Source of the DNA: Octopus vulgaris
Taxonomy: Eukaryota
Length of the DNA: 64,000 bases
Assembly (NCBI GenBank): GCA_951406725.2
Contig: OX597831.1
Location: 82,460,001-82,524,000 of the forward strand
Direction of reading: 5' to 3'
The position numbers were made by a program, and so were the translations under genes. Below, one piece after another: positions 26,035 to 40,792 of the stretch; position 1 is the stretch's first letter; each line of letters starts with the position of its first letter. A model generated the notes under the pieces. The model was given only the letters and a program-made list of their open reading frames with translations. It did no database searches and was not told where the DNA came from.

Positions 26035-26263
26035 ATTCGAGCATGGCCATTGCCAGTACCGCCTGACTGGCCCTCATGCCAGTGGCACATAAAAGCACCC
26101 ACTACACTCTTGGAGTGGTTGGCGTTAGGAAGGGCATCCAGCTGTGGAAACACTGCCAGATCAGATTGGAGTCTGGTGCAGCCATCTAGTTTGCCAAACC
26201 TCAGTCAAATCGTCCAACCCATGCTAGCATAGAAAGCGGATGTTAAACGATGATGATGATGAT
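26035..26263 (+). mobile_element. RTE LINE 3'-end fragment
   Basis: Family 3' end with one hairpin module. Confidence 0.85.
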
Positions 26264-27165
26264 ATATGTATATATATGCATATATATATATTATTTATAG
26301 TATATATATATATATTTGTTTAATATACGCATACATGAATGTATACTAGCACATACACATTCATGTGTGTGTACAAATTCATGATGTACTATACAGTGTG
26401 TTTGGATATTTGAAATGTGTATCACTGTGTTATGCCTTATTAATTGATCCAGTTTATCTCAGTCCTACATTTGTATCCACTATAAATAGCTACCAGCTAC
26501 TAATCTGTGTGGACAGAATATGGGTGAACTTTCTCTGATGACTACTAAGACCAGAAACTAGTCGCATCATTAGATACAAGATCCTGCAATGTTACCACGC
26601 TGTTTAGTTTAAACAGTAAGATTAAACTTGTATAATGCAAACACACACACACACACACACACACTGAGTGTGTATGTACATGTTTGAACTTGGAAAAGGG
26701 AGAAAAAACATGCTGATAGATGTCGAGTTTATTAGAAGGAGAGGATTCCTCCATCACTGCTCTAAGTTTCATGTTCGTATTTCATGATGTGAATTTCAAT
26801 TAGATAAATACACACTCATACATACATACATGCATACACACACTCATACATACATATATGCATACACTCACATATGCATGCATACACACATACATTTATA
26901 TCCAACAAAAAAAGCTAAAAAAACAATTGGGTTTTGGGAAATATTTAAAAATTCTATATTCAGAATGAAGAATAGTAAATTGCTAAGGAGGATAATGGTA
27001 TTCATTGAAAAGTAAATAGCAATTTGAACAACAACAACAACAACAACAACCACCTCATCAAAATTACAGGAAAATTATTAAAAAAATACATGAATTGCTG
27101 GAAAATCTGGATTATAAGGTAGTAATTGTTGTTCAGTTATTGGCTGGTTATCAATGAATGAATAC

Positions 27166-27197
<32 letters not shown>

Positions 27198-29734
27198 TCA
27201 TGTATATATAACATATAAGGCATGTAGATGTTTTTATATACATGTAAGCGCACACACACACACACACACACACATACAGTTTTTAGACACACTGACAATG
27301 CATGTGAGATGCATCTTAAAACTGTGTTTATAGATATATGTACATACACATATGACTATATGTACACATATATATGTTTGCATATGTATGTATTTATGTA
27401 TGTACACACACATACATACACACATCTATTATCCTTTTACATCCATTATCCTTGCTTGTGAAAGTGGGGGTGGACCTCGAAGTACTTCATCCATTAAATT
27501 GATTCTCACTGGTCGTGACCATCCCCATTGATGGGTTGCCTGTGATGTTAAAACAACATCTTTGTATACACCTGCTGTTTTGGAGTTGGTTTCTATAGCT
27601 GAATGCCATTTATCCCACCAACACCTTTACACACTTGGTCAGGCCTAATTCAGTGCTATTACTTTAACACACACATATACACAAAGGCAGGATACATTTA
27701 CACACACACACACACTCTCTCTCTCTCTCTCCCCCCATTTCCCTGAATACCCAAAGGACAATGTCTTCAACTTACAATTGAAATTTTAAAATTGTATAGA
27801 AAATAAAACTCTAGATTGATTAAAGTTGAATTTTCAATAAGCAATAATTAATCTCCCTAAGTAGTAGTAGTAGTAGTAATAGTAGTAGTAGTAGTAGTAG
27901 ACAATTGATCAGGAACTAATGACAATGTAAATTTATTTTCTAATCTACATCTTCACAAAGATTCAGTTTTATTAAAATCTTATTTAATCCTAAAACTCAT
28001 TGATTTTGACTTGGCACAAGACAAATTTCATTTTAACAAAAGGTTGCGTGTGTGTGTGTGTGCGTGCACACAGACACAAGTGTGTAGTTAAGCTCACTTT
28101 GCCAGCATGTGGCTTTGGGAGTGCCAAACCGATTGTATGACACCTTGGGCAAGTGTCATCTGCTGTAGCCTCAGATTGAGACCAAAACCTTGAGAGTGGA
28201 ATTTAGGAGATAGAAACTGCAGAGATCATAATGTTTTGTACCTCATAATGTTTTGACATATGCAGATAAGTGGAATAAAAACAAAATAAGGTCTGGCACC
28301 AAGAAGGATTCCTGCCTCAAGAAGTTTCATCTGATCCCATAACACCAAGGGAAAACCTGATCTCATCAGCATTTTATGTCAGCTTTCTATGTTGGCATGG
28401 GTTGGATGGGTCATTATAGTCCAAGTCAGTCCTTATTTGAAGTTACTACTCTTTTAGATGAGTTGAAAGTTATGTATCCCTTAAACATTTCGGTTCCTGG
28501 TTTGCTTTTCATGGCTGGATACCCTACCTGGCACCAGCTAAAGAATGCATTTTGTGAAGACACCAGCACTAGTGAGATTACCTTGTCCCTGACAGAAGGA
28601 GAGATTCATCTTGACCCTATGCCACAGATGTATCCCACTTCCATGGGTTCTAATGTTCTTGCAATTTTTCCCTGGAATTAAAAAGGTTCACTTCCCTTGA
28701 TGCTTTAAGACTTGTGCAAAACAAGAAAGAATGTCAAATTATTCCTCTCTCTCTCTTTCTGTAAACATGCTCTCATTCCAATAAAAATAAAAATAATATA
28801 AAACAAACAAACAAAAATAACATTATTAAATGCAGCTAAATGTACAAGAGACATCTATTGTGAAGTGATCCAATGCTGCTCTATCAATACCCCCCCTCCG
28901 CTCCTCACTCTCTTAGAATCGATGCTGGTGAAATAATCTAAGAATAAAATTATTGATTGCTTCGTTGACAATGAAAGCCAGCAGATAATGTTGTATTTCT
29001 GTCAAGGACAATATCACAGATGAAGAAGAAGAAGACTTATATCATGGTAATTCCTCAGGCAGGAATCCTTTCTTTCTTTTTTTTGTTTTGTTTTTTTCTT
29101 TTTTTGAAAATTATATTTTATAGCTGAAAGGTGATCTTTGAGAATCAGATGATATTAACTTCCAGCCAAAGGAAGAACTTACAAAACCAAAAATACAAAG
29201 AATCTGCCCCCAACTACCACCACCACAAATATAAAAAAAAAAGATGAAATTATTTCAAGATTTTGTTTCTTTCTTTTCAACTTCCATCATGTGGAATGAA
29301 GATAAGTGAAAGAAAATCAAATAAATTCTTACTTTTGCCATTTCTTTTATACCTTATCTGTCAATGAAGACGTCTTCTTCATCATCAGCATTGATTACTT
29401 TTTAAAGTGGAAGGTGAGATAGGTAAGAAAGAGGAACACACACACACACAATGTAAGTGTGTGTCCATTTGTCCGTCCGTACATCCTATGTTTTTTGACA
29501 TCACTCAGTAATTGTAAACAAAGTTCCACTGTCATACAAGCAGTGTCTCTGTTAACAGGTGCGGACTCAATCACTGATGAATACTAACACAGGATTGAAA
29601 CCAGTTTAGCTGACCCATTCCTTTCTGCCCACAAAAATATTTCATATAAAAACCATGTATTTGCCCCACTGTTTATATATTGTACATTTATATAAAGACA
29701 TAGAAGAGGACTTTGTCTCGCAAGCGCCTTCATG

Positions 29735-29930
29735 AAGTTGCTGGTGCCATGATAAAGCAGCCCATACACTCTGTAAAGTGGTTGGCATTAGGATAGTCAA
29801 CTGGCCGGAGAAACCATACCAAAACATACAACAGAGCTTGGCACAGTCCTCTGGCCTTACCAGCTCTGGTCAAACTGTCCAACCCATGCCAGCCTTGAAA
29901 ATGGACATTAAATGATGGCAATGATGATGT
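29735..29930 (+). mobile_element. RTE LINE 3'-end fragment (diverged)
   Basis: GTGGTTGGCATTAGG...TCCAACCCATGCCAGC. Confidence 0.75.
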
Positions 29931-31679
29931 ACACACATTTATATAAATACATACTGTGTTGGTTAAATGTCTATTCTGTGGCATAAAAGACACATTATAG
30001 CATGAGGTACTTATTTTATTGCACATGTGTTGGGACTGTGTGGGACTGTGTATCAATCATCATCCTCATCATCCTCATCATCATCATCCTCATCATCATG
30101 GCTGTGATGACAGAATTAGTTCAACAGAAGACAAAGTAGCTTGCAGTGTCTCTCTTAAGTACCAAACTGGCTGGAAGTCATCACTACCACTGAAGGTAAA
30201 GTAAGTACTCGTCAACTAATGAGTTCTGTTATCTGACCTTGAGCTAATAATTTTTGGAATCATTACAGCTAAGGTCTGTAGAACAGAAACTGTGAAGTCT
30301 CACAGACAAAATTCCTGACAATGGTATTGTGATCCCTTACATGGTTAATGGTTCCCTTGAAGATGTCCTGGTGAGAAAGGAATGAGTATAAGAATTAATG
30401 TGGAGAGGGGAGTAGAGGATACACAATCTGTGGTTCATAAGGAATCTTGAGTGAAATTATATTTTAGCTAATATTAGGTATTTTTAGGGTAATTTCATTT
30501 TAAAATATTAAATTTCATTTGTAGGAAATACATGAAAGAGAAAAAAAAGACAGGAGTGAAAAATCTTTAAAGTGAAGAATATTGGATTAATTAAAACAAA
30601 ATGAAAATTAATGATGAACATAAAATATAGAAGGTGCTGGGTTGGGAGGGGAATACAAAGTGAGGGTAGGGGATAATGTGTAGTGGAGGGGAAGGAAATA
30701 TAAGGAGTAGGAAGAGAAGTGTGTAGAGGGTGGGAGGAGTGAATATAAAGAGTAGGTGGGAGGAAATAGCAAAAAGAGTAGGAGGTGGTATATATTCCAG
30801 TAAAAAGTCATCAAAGATAAAGTAAACTAATTAGTAAATTAGCAACAAGTTCCACTAAGAAATGGTTTTAGAAGAAATTTAAAAAAGAAAACAACGAACC
30901 AACTGAATCCAGATTTTAATTATAAATAATTTAAAATTAATCATCTTGATTACAGCTTGTACAACACCGAATGAAGGCATTCCTACACATTCATCCAACC
31001 TTGCAACATTAGCAGCTAAATTTCCTTCGAGTTTCCGTTAACCAATTTTATAAAAAGGAAATCGACATGGCAGAATGTGTCAAAAAGTTGAAGAATTTCT
31101 AGATGTAAAAGCAAAATCTAGAATTGCAGGCCTCAAAATAAATCTACTTAAAACATAAGTCTTCTCAGGTAAGATGGCACTTCATTGCCATCTGGAAAAA
31201 TGGTCATGCCTGACATATTCAGAAAAACAGGGTAAAAAGAGGAATCAGATGTGGTGGGCAAAGGAGGAGACTGTGTTGATATGGACATATAATAGATCTG
31301 CATGATGGTAGTTGGGAAGTACTTAGACATCCATGTGGAGGATATTCATGAAAGAGGAAGAAAGGGTAGAAGATTCTTTGACCACTACATTCTTGTCCAC
31401 AGATCCACAGATCACATCTATGAATGTGAACACTTTTTTTTGGCCCTTTGGTTACCTCACATAAGGCCAATGGTCAGTTTGTACATTAAAACCCTATAAG
31501 GCCTTATACCAGTCATTCTCCATTACACTCTCTGGTTGATGTTGATACCATTTTCTTCCTACTTCAAATCCTCTTTGCTGTGATTTGTCCCTGTGTTGCA
31601 CCTTGGCCACATGGTTCAGTTTGAGCCAAAAGACCACAGGAACTTATTATGTGCACAATGGGTTCCTCTTTCTCTGCAA

Positions 31680-31870
31680 GGTAGCGATCTGGCAGAATTG
31701 CCAGCACATTGGACAAAAAGTTTAATTCTGAGTTCAAATTTCATCAAGGCCGACTTATCCTTTCATCAATTAGGTGGGGTGGGTGCTAAAATAAATACCA
31801 GTTGAGTACTGGGGGAGGAGTGTCAATATAATCACCTTACCCGCTTCTTGTGCCAAAATTTGAAATCATC
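31680..31870 (+). mobile_element. SINE family B copy (diverged)
   Basis: CTGGCAGAAT...TTCTGAGTTCAAATT...CCTTTCATC. Confidence 0.7.
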
Positions 31871-34038
31871 GTTATCATTACTATAATATCATTATTATAA
31901 TTGTTAGACACTTGCTTATTGTGTAGCACTTTGAGCAAGTATTTTCCAATATAACCTCAGAACAACTGAAGCCATGAGTGAAACTGACTGAGGGAAAAAG
32001 TAGGAAGCCTCACACACCCACACACACATCATTGTCATTTAACGGCTGTTTACCATCCTGGCATTACATACATATATACATACACACACATATTGTATGT
32101 ATATATATATGTGTGTATACATTGTGTGTGTGTGTGTATTTATATAAAATGTATATGTATTTAGTATTTATGTATAGTATCATGTTGCTGAGCGAATATC
32201 AGTTTCATGACCATAAAAATAGAATTCTAGAGGAAATTAAGAAGAAAAGCCTGATTTTAATGGTGAACTTGGCAGGATTTGAAGTAGAATTGAAGCAGCA
32301 GCAGTTTGAGTAAAGTTTGGTAGCACGAGGGGAACCAAGTACTTGTGTCACATCCTTGCAAATATACTTTAGAAAAGTAAGAAACACTGTATCCAAAACA
32401 GATCAAAGCATATATGGAATTAGCAGCATTTTTAATCTATGTATCTGTCTGTCAGTCTGTTTAGCTAGCTATCTTTCTATCTGTCTGTCTGTCTGTCTAT
32501 CAATCTGTGTGTATATATAACTTTGATAGGTTTCAGCCAATATAGACGTATCATCATCATCATCATTTAACATCCGCTTTCCATGCTAGCATGGGTTATA
32601 TATATATATATATACACACACACAAAAAAAACATACATGCACATATATACAGTTAGTTGTACACCATACACACACAAATGTAAGACTAAAAAGTTTCACT
32701 GATTTCCTTTGCTGACCGTGGACAAAGCTGATATTGTTCAAACCTAGAAACCCACCAAACCCCCAACCCCGCCCCACATGTTACACCCACTTCACCTCTT
32801 ACACGTCATCCTCATGATGTCTCCTTGCCACAAACCTTCAGATGAGAAGTCGATGCTCTCCCACTTCCTCTCTCTCTCTCACACACACACACCAAGCACA
32901 CAACCACATATTTTTCAACATCTAATTATACACACACATACACTACACAAGAACATCTTATACAGAGATACATAGATGTGTACAATCGCACAATTATACA
33001 CACACACACACACACACACATTCATAGCTACAACAGCACTGCTTGAACACACCTACATATACATACACATGCTGCTATATAAATATGAAATTATATATAT
33101 ATGGTTATTGTATACACATCAAAATAACAAACAATCCATAGACCTTTCCCCATTGCTCTCTCTCTCTCTTCTTCTTCTTCTCTCTCCCCCTCTCTCTCTC
33201 TAGGGCGAGAGAGAAAGAAAGAATAGATGTATAGAGAAACAATAAATTATTAAAAACGAAATGCTACCTGGCCACCAGTCTGTCTCTTTCTGTCTCACCC
33301 CTTCTCTCTCTCTTTCTCTCTCTCTCTTTCTGATGTGTCATTTGTGATGGTTCCCACATGTCAATTATGGCTGAAGATTGCAAGAATTTATACACTTGGG
33401 TGTGTGCAGGCACACACACACACACACACACACAAACTGAGGTGTAGCAAAACAGAAAATAGGAACTCTTGAGAGAAACGATAAAAAATGTTGACAAGGT
33501 GATGATGTCAGGGGAGTGAGTGTGTGTGTGTGTGTGTGACAGAGATGTGTGTGTGTCATGACAGTGGCGCGCGAACGTGCAGAGGGGGGGAGAGAATAAA
33601 GAGAGAAAACAAGTAGCTAGAAAGAGAGAATAGGAGGGGGAGGTATGAAAGGAGGTGTGGGGGAGGAGTTTGCATTTTGGGGACTAATTAAAGTGTGAAG
33701 GAGGAGTATGACTCAAATTGGAGTGTGGTGGAGTGAGTGATGTATCATCATATGGAGTGAAGTGTGGAAGGTGTGTGGAGTGAGACTTGAGTGAAGCTAT
33801 AAAGTGTGATGTCACTTGGGAATTTCTAGAGAATTATTTGATTTTGTTCTTTTTTTTTTGCAGTTAACCTTTTGTTTTGTTTTTCTCCAGCTTATTTCTG
33901 TTGTAGTCAGTGTAATTGTTGTTGTTGTTGTTGCCTGTGCAGTTACTGGAATGGGGGAGCAAAGCAGCAACAATGAAATCAAGTATAAAATTCAATTGTA
34001 AAAGAAGGAGAAAAATAAGAAAAATTAAAAGAGACTGT

Positions 34039-34069
<31 letters not shown>

Positions 34070-36169
34070 TCTTATCACTTATCTTGCAATCACTCATCTT
34101 GCTGCCGCCATTCATCACTTCCTCACTCATCTATCACTCTAATAGGGATGTCAGAGAGGATATACTCCCTTTCCTCCAGTATTCAATCTGCAGCCACCAC
34201 CTCCATCCTTATCACTCCAACATTCTCACTCATGACAGCGAATTATATATAAGAGACAATAACGTCACTCATTCTCTGCCACTCTCTCTCGCTCTCACTC
34301 CAAGTGACAATTATTGCTGTCCATCACTTACTCCTACCATTGTCCATCTTCTACCCATCTCTCTCTCTCTCACCCAGTCATTTTAGTTCTTCTTTCATCA
34401 TTGCGTTCTCTCCCGTTCACTTCTTTAATCTTGTTGCATTAGAATGGAACAGAGTGGACTTTGGTCATCCAGTGTATGAGGCACACAAACCCGTTTATGC
34501 TGGTGCCAAAATAAAATGCACCCAGCATCCTCTGTAAAGTGGGTGACAAATGAACAGAGAAAACACAGAGTCAAGGAGACATTCTAATCCTGTTTCACTG
34601 TGAAGAGGGCATGCTGGTGCCAAAATGAAGTGTAGCCAGTATTCCTGGTAATGTGGTCAGACACCTTTAGCAGATTTCACTTTGTATGCATCTGGACCAG
34701 AACTACTGTCTCAGGATATATTCCTACCACCATTCTCAGAAGGCTTGTAAAGAATCAAGGCCACTGCTTATTCTGTTGACTAAAAGATTAAAAGGAAGGT
34801 CATCCAGCCATAGAAACCATACCAAAGCTAAACATGAAACACTAGAGTGTGTAGTGCACTTGAGCATTGTAGACAATAAGTTCATCACAAAAAATATGGT
34901 CCTCCAAGTTATCAAAGAAGAAGACATTGGCTTTCAATGAAGACTGACATATACCATGATGACCTCTCTAACTCATGCTGGCATGGAAAGTGGATGTAAA
35001 ATTATGATGTCCTACATTAACAAATAAAAATGAAACCTTGCCTCCAAGAAGCCCACACATTTTACACTGCACAAAAGCCCTTAAAATAAATCATTCACAT
35101 TTCCATTCAATTATTAGTGTAAGGAGTCCTTCCTAGCACTGAGACCTGTGGCCCCTGTGTCAAGTATCGGACCTTCCAATTCACAATAAACTTATTGAGT
35201 TCTTTTTTTCTAAGAGATAGTAGTACATAGTACCCCTCTAGTTACATTGCTTGTCTCTGCATCTGTGTGTGTGTGTGTGAGAAAACTCAACACAGAAAAC
35301 AGTGTTGGGGAAATGACATTTTTGGAAGCCTGTAACCTTTATAATCGGGCGTCCCTTCCCCTACACCACCACCATTACAGAAGAATAATACAAAAATAGA
35401 GGGGAGGAAGTAAAATATCAAGGGGTAAACAAACAATAGACACTCCCTGTTATTGCTGCAATTATCTATGATATTGTAGATGATGATGATGATGATGATG
35501 ATGATGTGTAGACTGGTTATAAAGCCACAGGGAAATGGGGTGGATTGAAGCAGGGTAGGGGAGAGAAGGAAACATTTTTTTATTTTTTTAATGTTAGACA
35601 ATTGGCACAAAATGTTTTCAATATGGCAACTAATTTCCTTTAGTACAATCAACAAACCTATTTACAAACCACACGCACACACAACAACAACAACAACAAC
35701 AGCTCTTACATTATTTACAGTTGTTATGTTTCATTCCCGACAGAATTTGTCAAATTCTGGAGCAAAACAAACCAGGAAAGCATTGTAAGGGTCATTGATT
35801 ATTGAATTATTAAATCCACTTTGTTTCTTGTATTGAGTACTTGCCTTAAATTTGAGGTTTATTCAGTTTTTCTTTCGACATAAATTACAACTATTGCATG
35901 CACACTCAAAGAGTACTTACATTGAGATATACCCAGGGTTTGTATCAGGGTATTCACATTGATGCACATGAAGCTGCCTCCAATTAGACCTGCCAATTAA
36001 TACTAGTTACTAATATACTATAACTTCTGAACTGAAATGAATTCCTATCAGAGAACTTTTTCAGTTGAAAACAAAAGAAATAACGATGGCTGTCTTTCAG
36101 ACGATTGCAAAATAAGTGGGACAAAGCAATTAATATGGCACTCGTTCCTGTTTCTTTGTTCTTACTGCA

Positions 36170-37090
36170 AAACGGCAAAGAAGACCAAAGCCATGTAGCA
36201 GCCTGTTCCTCACAAGGACTACACAATGCTTGCGGTCAAAGTCACTCATCAAACTTTACTGATGTGACAGGTTCACATCAGCCCATTTTCAAGTATCGTC
36301 CACATCAGTGATGAAATCAACAGCAGAATTTCCAAGGCTAGCATTGTCTTTCGTAGATTTCTAGATAAGGAATGGTGTCAACCTCCAAACCAAGTGGAAG
36401 GTTTACAGTGTTGCTTTCCTCTCAACTCTGCTCCATGCCAAAGAGACAAGCTATTCATCACAGCTAATTCCACAAATAAGCTAATTCCACCTGAACTGCT
36501 TCTACAAAATGGTACACAACAAATGATGGCAGGGTGGAGGTTGTCAATCATGTGAGATGTTGCTTAGCAGCAGCAGCACTCTCCCATTTGGGATGCAGTT
36601 GTACTGGTCACATTGTGAAATAGGTCAGTCTTTTGCACATTGAAGAGATAGAGGGAAGTGATTATTCTGTGGATTGCACAAATGCTTCAAGAAGACTTTC
36701 AAGATGTCCCTGGTAGAACCTTACCACTGAAAGGTGCCACAGTGTTTAACCCTTTTGTTACCAACCCGGCTGAAACCGGCTCTAGCTCTAAGTACAAATG
36801 TCTTGTTTGCATAAGTTTTGAATTAAAATCTTCCACCAAACCTTAGTCACAATTTATGTTCCTAACACTAGCTTAAGGATAACTAAGTTATTTTACTAAA
36901 TAAATTCTTTGTTATATTTAAAGTAATTGAAAGAAACACAGAGCATCTCAACAGAAATACAATAACGAAGGGGTTAAACAAGGTAGGATTAAATATGCTG
37001 AGAGAGCTACAAAACTCCAAAGCAACCAGCATGTTAACTCAGAGCTGCAAGTCCAATGCAGCCAACAGGCAACTGGTTGTTGCACTCTGA
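36170..37090 (+). mobile_element. Highly decayed RTE (BovB-like) LINE fragment
   Basis: Remnants DEINSRISKASIVFRR, QTKWKVYSVAFLSTLLHAKET and KGATVF/KQGRIKYAE. Confidence 0.7.
36750..36973. mobile_element. piggyBac-type MITE (224 bp)
   Basis: TTAA target-site duplication (36746-36749 and 36974-36977); imperfect TIRs CCCTTTTGTTA / TAACGAAGGGG. Confidence 0.85.
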
Positions 37091-38041
37091 CAGCGTTTGA
37101 TTCCTTTGAAGTCATGATGGAGAGGAATTGATAAAATATGGTCTGAAAACTGGTGAATAACTAACGAATAAAACTGTAAACATTATTAATCAAGACAGTA
37201 ATTAAAATATCGGAAGCACCAGAGATCTGTGCTTAACATTTCATTACCGGTGGTTGTATGGTGATTTGGGATCAAATTCCATGGAGATGCGCGACCAAGA
37301 TCACAACAGAATGATTCTGTTCAGTTGGTATATTTTGCAGCATAAGTAATGATAATGTGGTGGAGACAGAAGAGGACTCAAAAGAGCTAGGTGACCAAAT
37401 AGGTCTTAGGAGAGGTTTAACACAGAAGTTGTGGTTTCAAATGGTGTTGTCTGTTGCAAAATTCTGACTGCTATATCAACATCAACAACAACAAATATAT
37501 ATATATTCTCATAATTGCAAAAGATGACAATAAATAAAGTTTAGGAAAATGAAAATAAGTGGAAATTTTACCGGTGAGTGTGTTGCATTATAAGACACAA
37601 AAAGAAAATGACTCTCCCCAGACACAACAGAATACACTTCAACACACGAACTCATATAAAGAATCTTGCAAACCAAATCCAAAAACGAAATGATACAGTA
37701 ACCATACTGGAGAAAATGGTAATTCCTGTCATGGTAACTACTGAATCCAAAAGATAAGGAATTTGGAATATGTCACCTCAAACAAACACTGTATCATGTT
37801 AAAAGGCTTAATCACAGTGTAGTCATTTGACTTGTTAGAAATGGCTGTCAAACGTCCATATCATTTGAAGAAAAAAATGAAAGATACATTAATGTAGTTC
37901 TGGAAAAATAAATGAGATTGGTCCACATGAAATTATCTTTGATAAAAGGTCTGATGGATCTCAGGGTTGACCCAGGTCTAAACAAGAAAATCTTATCAAG
38001 ACATAAAGTTGATATGACTATGAAAGGAGACACACACACAT

Positions 38042-38074
<33 letters not shown>

Positions 38075-38309
38075 CGCTGCAAAAGAGGAGGGAATGGTTA
38101 TGAAGGATTAACAAGTAAAATTAAAAGTGATATCAAACGCAATAAGAATTTGTGTTAAGTTGTGATTTAGCAGGTGTAAATAGGTTTGCACTTCATATAG
38201 AAGTCACACACACACACACACACACACACACAATGTTTGTTTTTGCAAGATTCCTAATGTGAAATAACAAATAAAATGACCATTCCGAAATACAACAATA
38301 TATATATAT

Positions 38310-38495
38310 TCTTTTACTTGTTTCAGTTATTTTGACTGTGGCCATGCTGGAGCACTGCATTTAGTCAAGCAAATCAACCCCAAAACTTATTCTTTTGTAA
38401 GCCTAGTACTTATTCTATCGGTCTCTTTTGCCGAACAGCTAAGTTACAGGGACATAAACACACCAGCATCAGTTGTCAAGCTATGTTGGGACACA
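38310..38495 (-). mobile_element. SINE family A, 3' half
   Basis: Reverse complement of the 3' half of 62944-63360. Confidence 0.8.
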
Positions 38496-38517
38496 CACAC
38501 ACATATCTATCTATCTA

Positions 38518-38564
<47 letters not shown>

Positions 38565-39058
38565 ATATATTAATTATATACTATTTATTATTTAGTACTT
38601 TATTTAGTTCTAGGTAAATGTTTTATCATATCTTTAATTTTTTCCCATTTAGTGTGATTTCAGTCCATCATTGTTGAATTGCTTCATGGATCTTCTCTAA
38701 TTCATAGACAAGGACTAATATTGAACTCCAAAAGCATAAAGACTCTACAATGTATTGCTATACTTATTCATTAATTTTTGTATATATGCATTATTATTTT
38801 TTTGAAAAAAACATTGTAAATTTCTTTTTTCTCCTTCCTCAATTTAAAAAAAATTTTCCCTTCCAAATCTTGAAAATTTGCCTGCAATGAAAGCTGGTTT
38901 GATTTCTTTTTTCTTTTTAATGTTTCATAAACCCATTTTTATTAAAATTTACTTTCAATTTAGCATTCTGCCTTATTATTTTTTCCTCTCCTATCATTTC
39001 TCCACGTGCAGTTAACACAACCCCGCCATTTACTGACTTATATATATATGTATATATA

Positions 39059-39120
<62 letters not shown>

Positions 39121-39121
39121 T

Positions 39122-39170
<49 letters not shown>

Positions 39171-40551
39171 CAGATAGATAGATAGATAGATAGCTATGCA
39201 TGTACATATATAGAGCTGTTTGTGCTGGAAGTGGGTTCAGTGCTGTGCAACAGTGGTCGACCAACTCAAAACAAATTCATGCAGAAGGACTTCTTGAATT
39301 CTTGATTCCAAGAAGTGATCTTCCTCGGTCACAACTTGCCTTCCGCCATATATGTATATGAACATGACTAATGTGTTAGTCATATCATACATTCCCATTG
39401 AATGTTCCACAGAATTCTGTTGTGGATAAAAAATGGGCTTTCAATTCCCAGTAACATGAAGGGAAGTTTTCTATCTTTGTTACTTTTTCATCCTTGTCTG
39501 TGTGTCTGATGGGGTGGGGTGGGTCTGGTGAAGAAGAGTCTCCTGCTGGGGAAACTCCATTTGTAAAATAGTGGAATGGTGCTGTACAGAGAAATTGTAG
39601 TTAGGAAGTCAGTTAGAATAACATAAATGATCCCAGAATTTAGAAGAAAAAGAGAGGAGTTGATAAGAGTGACCCAGGGAGGCATGCTGCAATCGAAGGT
39701 AGAAGTAAAGAACCTAATCAGATATAAAGAGAAAATGACAATGATGATGGTTATCATTTTTATCACATCTAAAGGAAGGGAAAACTGTGTTGAGGAGGAG
39801 AAAGAAAATTTGGAAAGCTCGGTCATTGTTGTATGTGAATGAAATCAGAACGGAAGAGAGAGCAGCGCTGGAAACCAACAGCATGGCTCGAAGATTCCAA
39901 TGATGAACACAAGAGCAAAAAATGGCACAAAGTAAGCAACACAGGAGATTTACTCTAAGGAGAGGATGACTGTCCAGTTTGTAACAGGTTCCTGCAATGG
40001 CCTCCACTTTAGACCCAAACTGGTTTACACAAGTTGAATACCCGGTGAACGCTCATCCCCAGCCATGAGCAATTGCCAACTATACTTACTGCTACACACA
40101 CACACACCTTGTCCTGTTGTTTGTATTTGTAATTGGGTACCATTTCTCCATTTTTTACATCCTTGTTTTTGTATAACATTCACTTGCTTTTTTCCAAAGA
40201 ATCTAGTGCCCTTAGCTTAGATTTTCTTGGGGCTGGCCAGATTGGAGCAGTCTTGAGTGTAACCAGCCAAAACTGCAACTCATGATAGAAAGCTCTGAAT
40301 GACCCATCCTTGTTTTTTCCTGTCCTTTTTTTGTATCATCTGTCTGGATGTTTTGTTCTTGTTCTATTTATTGTTTTGTTCTTTTTATTTATACACACAT
40401 ACGTCTGTGTGTGTGTATATATATATATACACACACACATATACAAGTGAGTAGACAATGAAAGAAGGGCACTTTATACATTTATAGGGAGTTACCTGTA
40501 TATATATATATATATATATATAGTCTCACTCTCTTTCTCTCTCTACACATG

Positions 40552-40769
40552 TAAGTAGGTACTGAAATGTTTCTGGTTTTAAGGGCATTGTAGAAGGCCT
40601 GGTTTGAGCCCAACCTTCTGAGTTCTTTTACAGGGCTTAGAAAAGCTGAAGGAGCGCTGTAATAAGTGTGTGAATCTGAGAGGGGAATATGTTGAATAAA
40701 ATCATAATTAACTGATCCTCCTCTATTTTCTTTTTCCCAAAGCCAGAAACTTTGCAGCGACCCCTCATA
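40552..40769 (+). mobile_element. Internally deleted mariner element
   Basis: QGLEKLKERCNKCVNLRGEYVE* matches the mariner transposase C-terminus; imperfect TIRs ending in TA. Confidence 0.75.
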
Positions 40770-40792
40770 TATATACACACATATATATATGT

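Noticed and set aside
30635-30790. G-quadruplex or purine-rich minisatellite
   Set aside because: Low-complexity tract with irregular units and nothing to indicate function.
33891-34001. Transmembrane-like plus-strand exon LISVVVSVIVVVVVACAV
   Set aside because: The valine run is a (GTT)n microsatellite and there is no good donor or partner exon.
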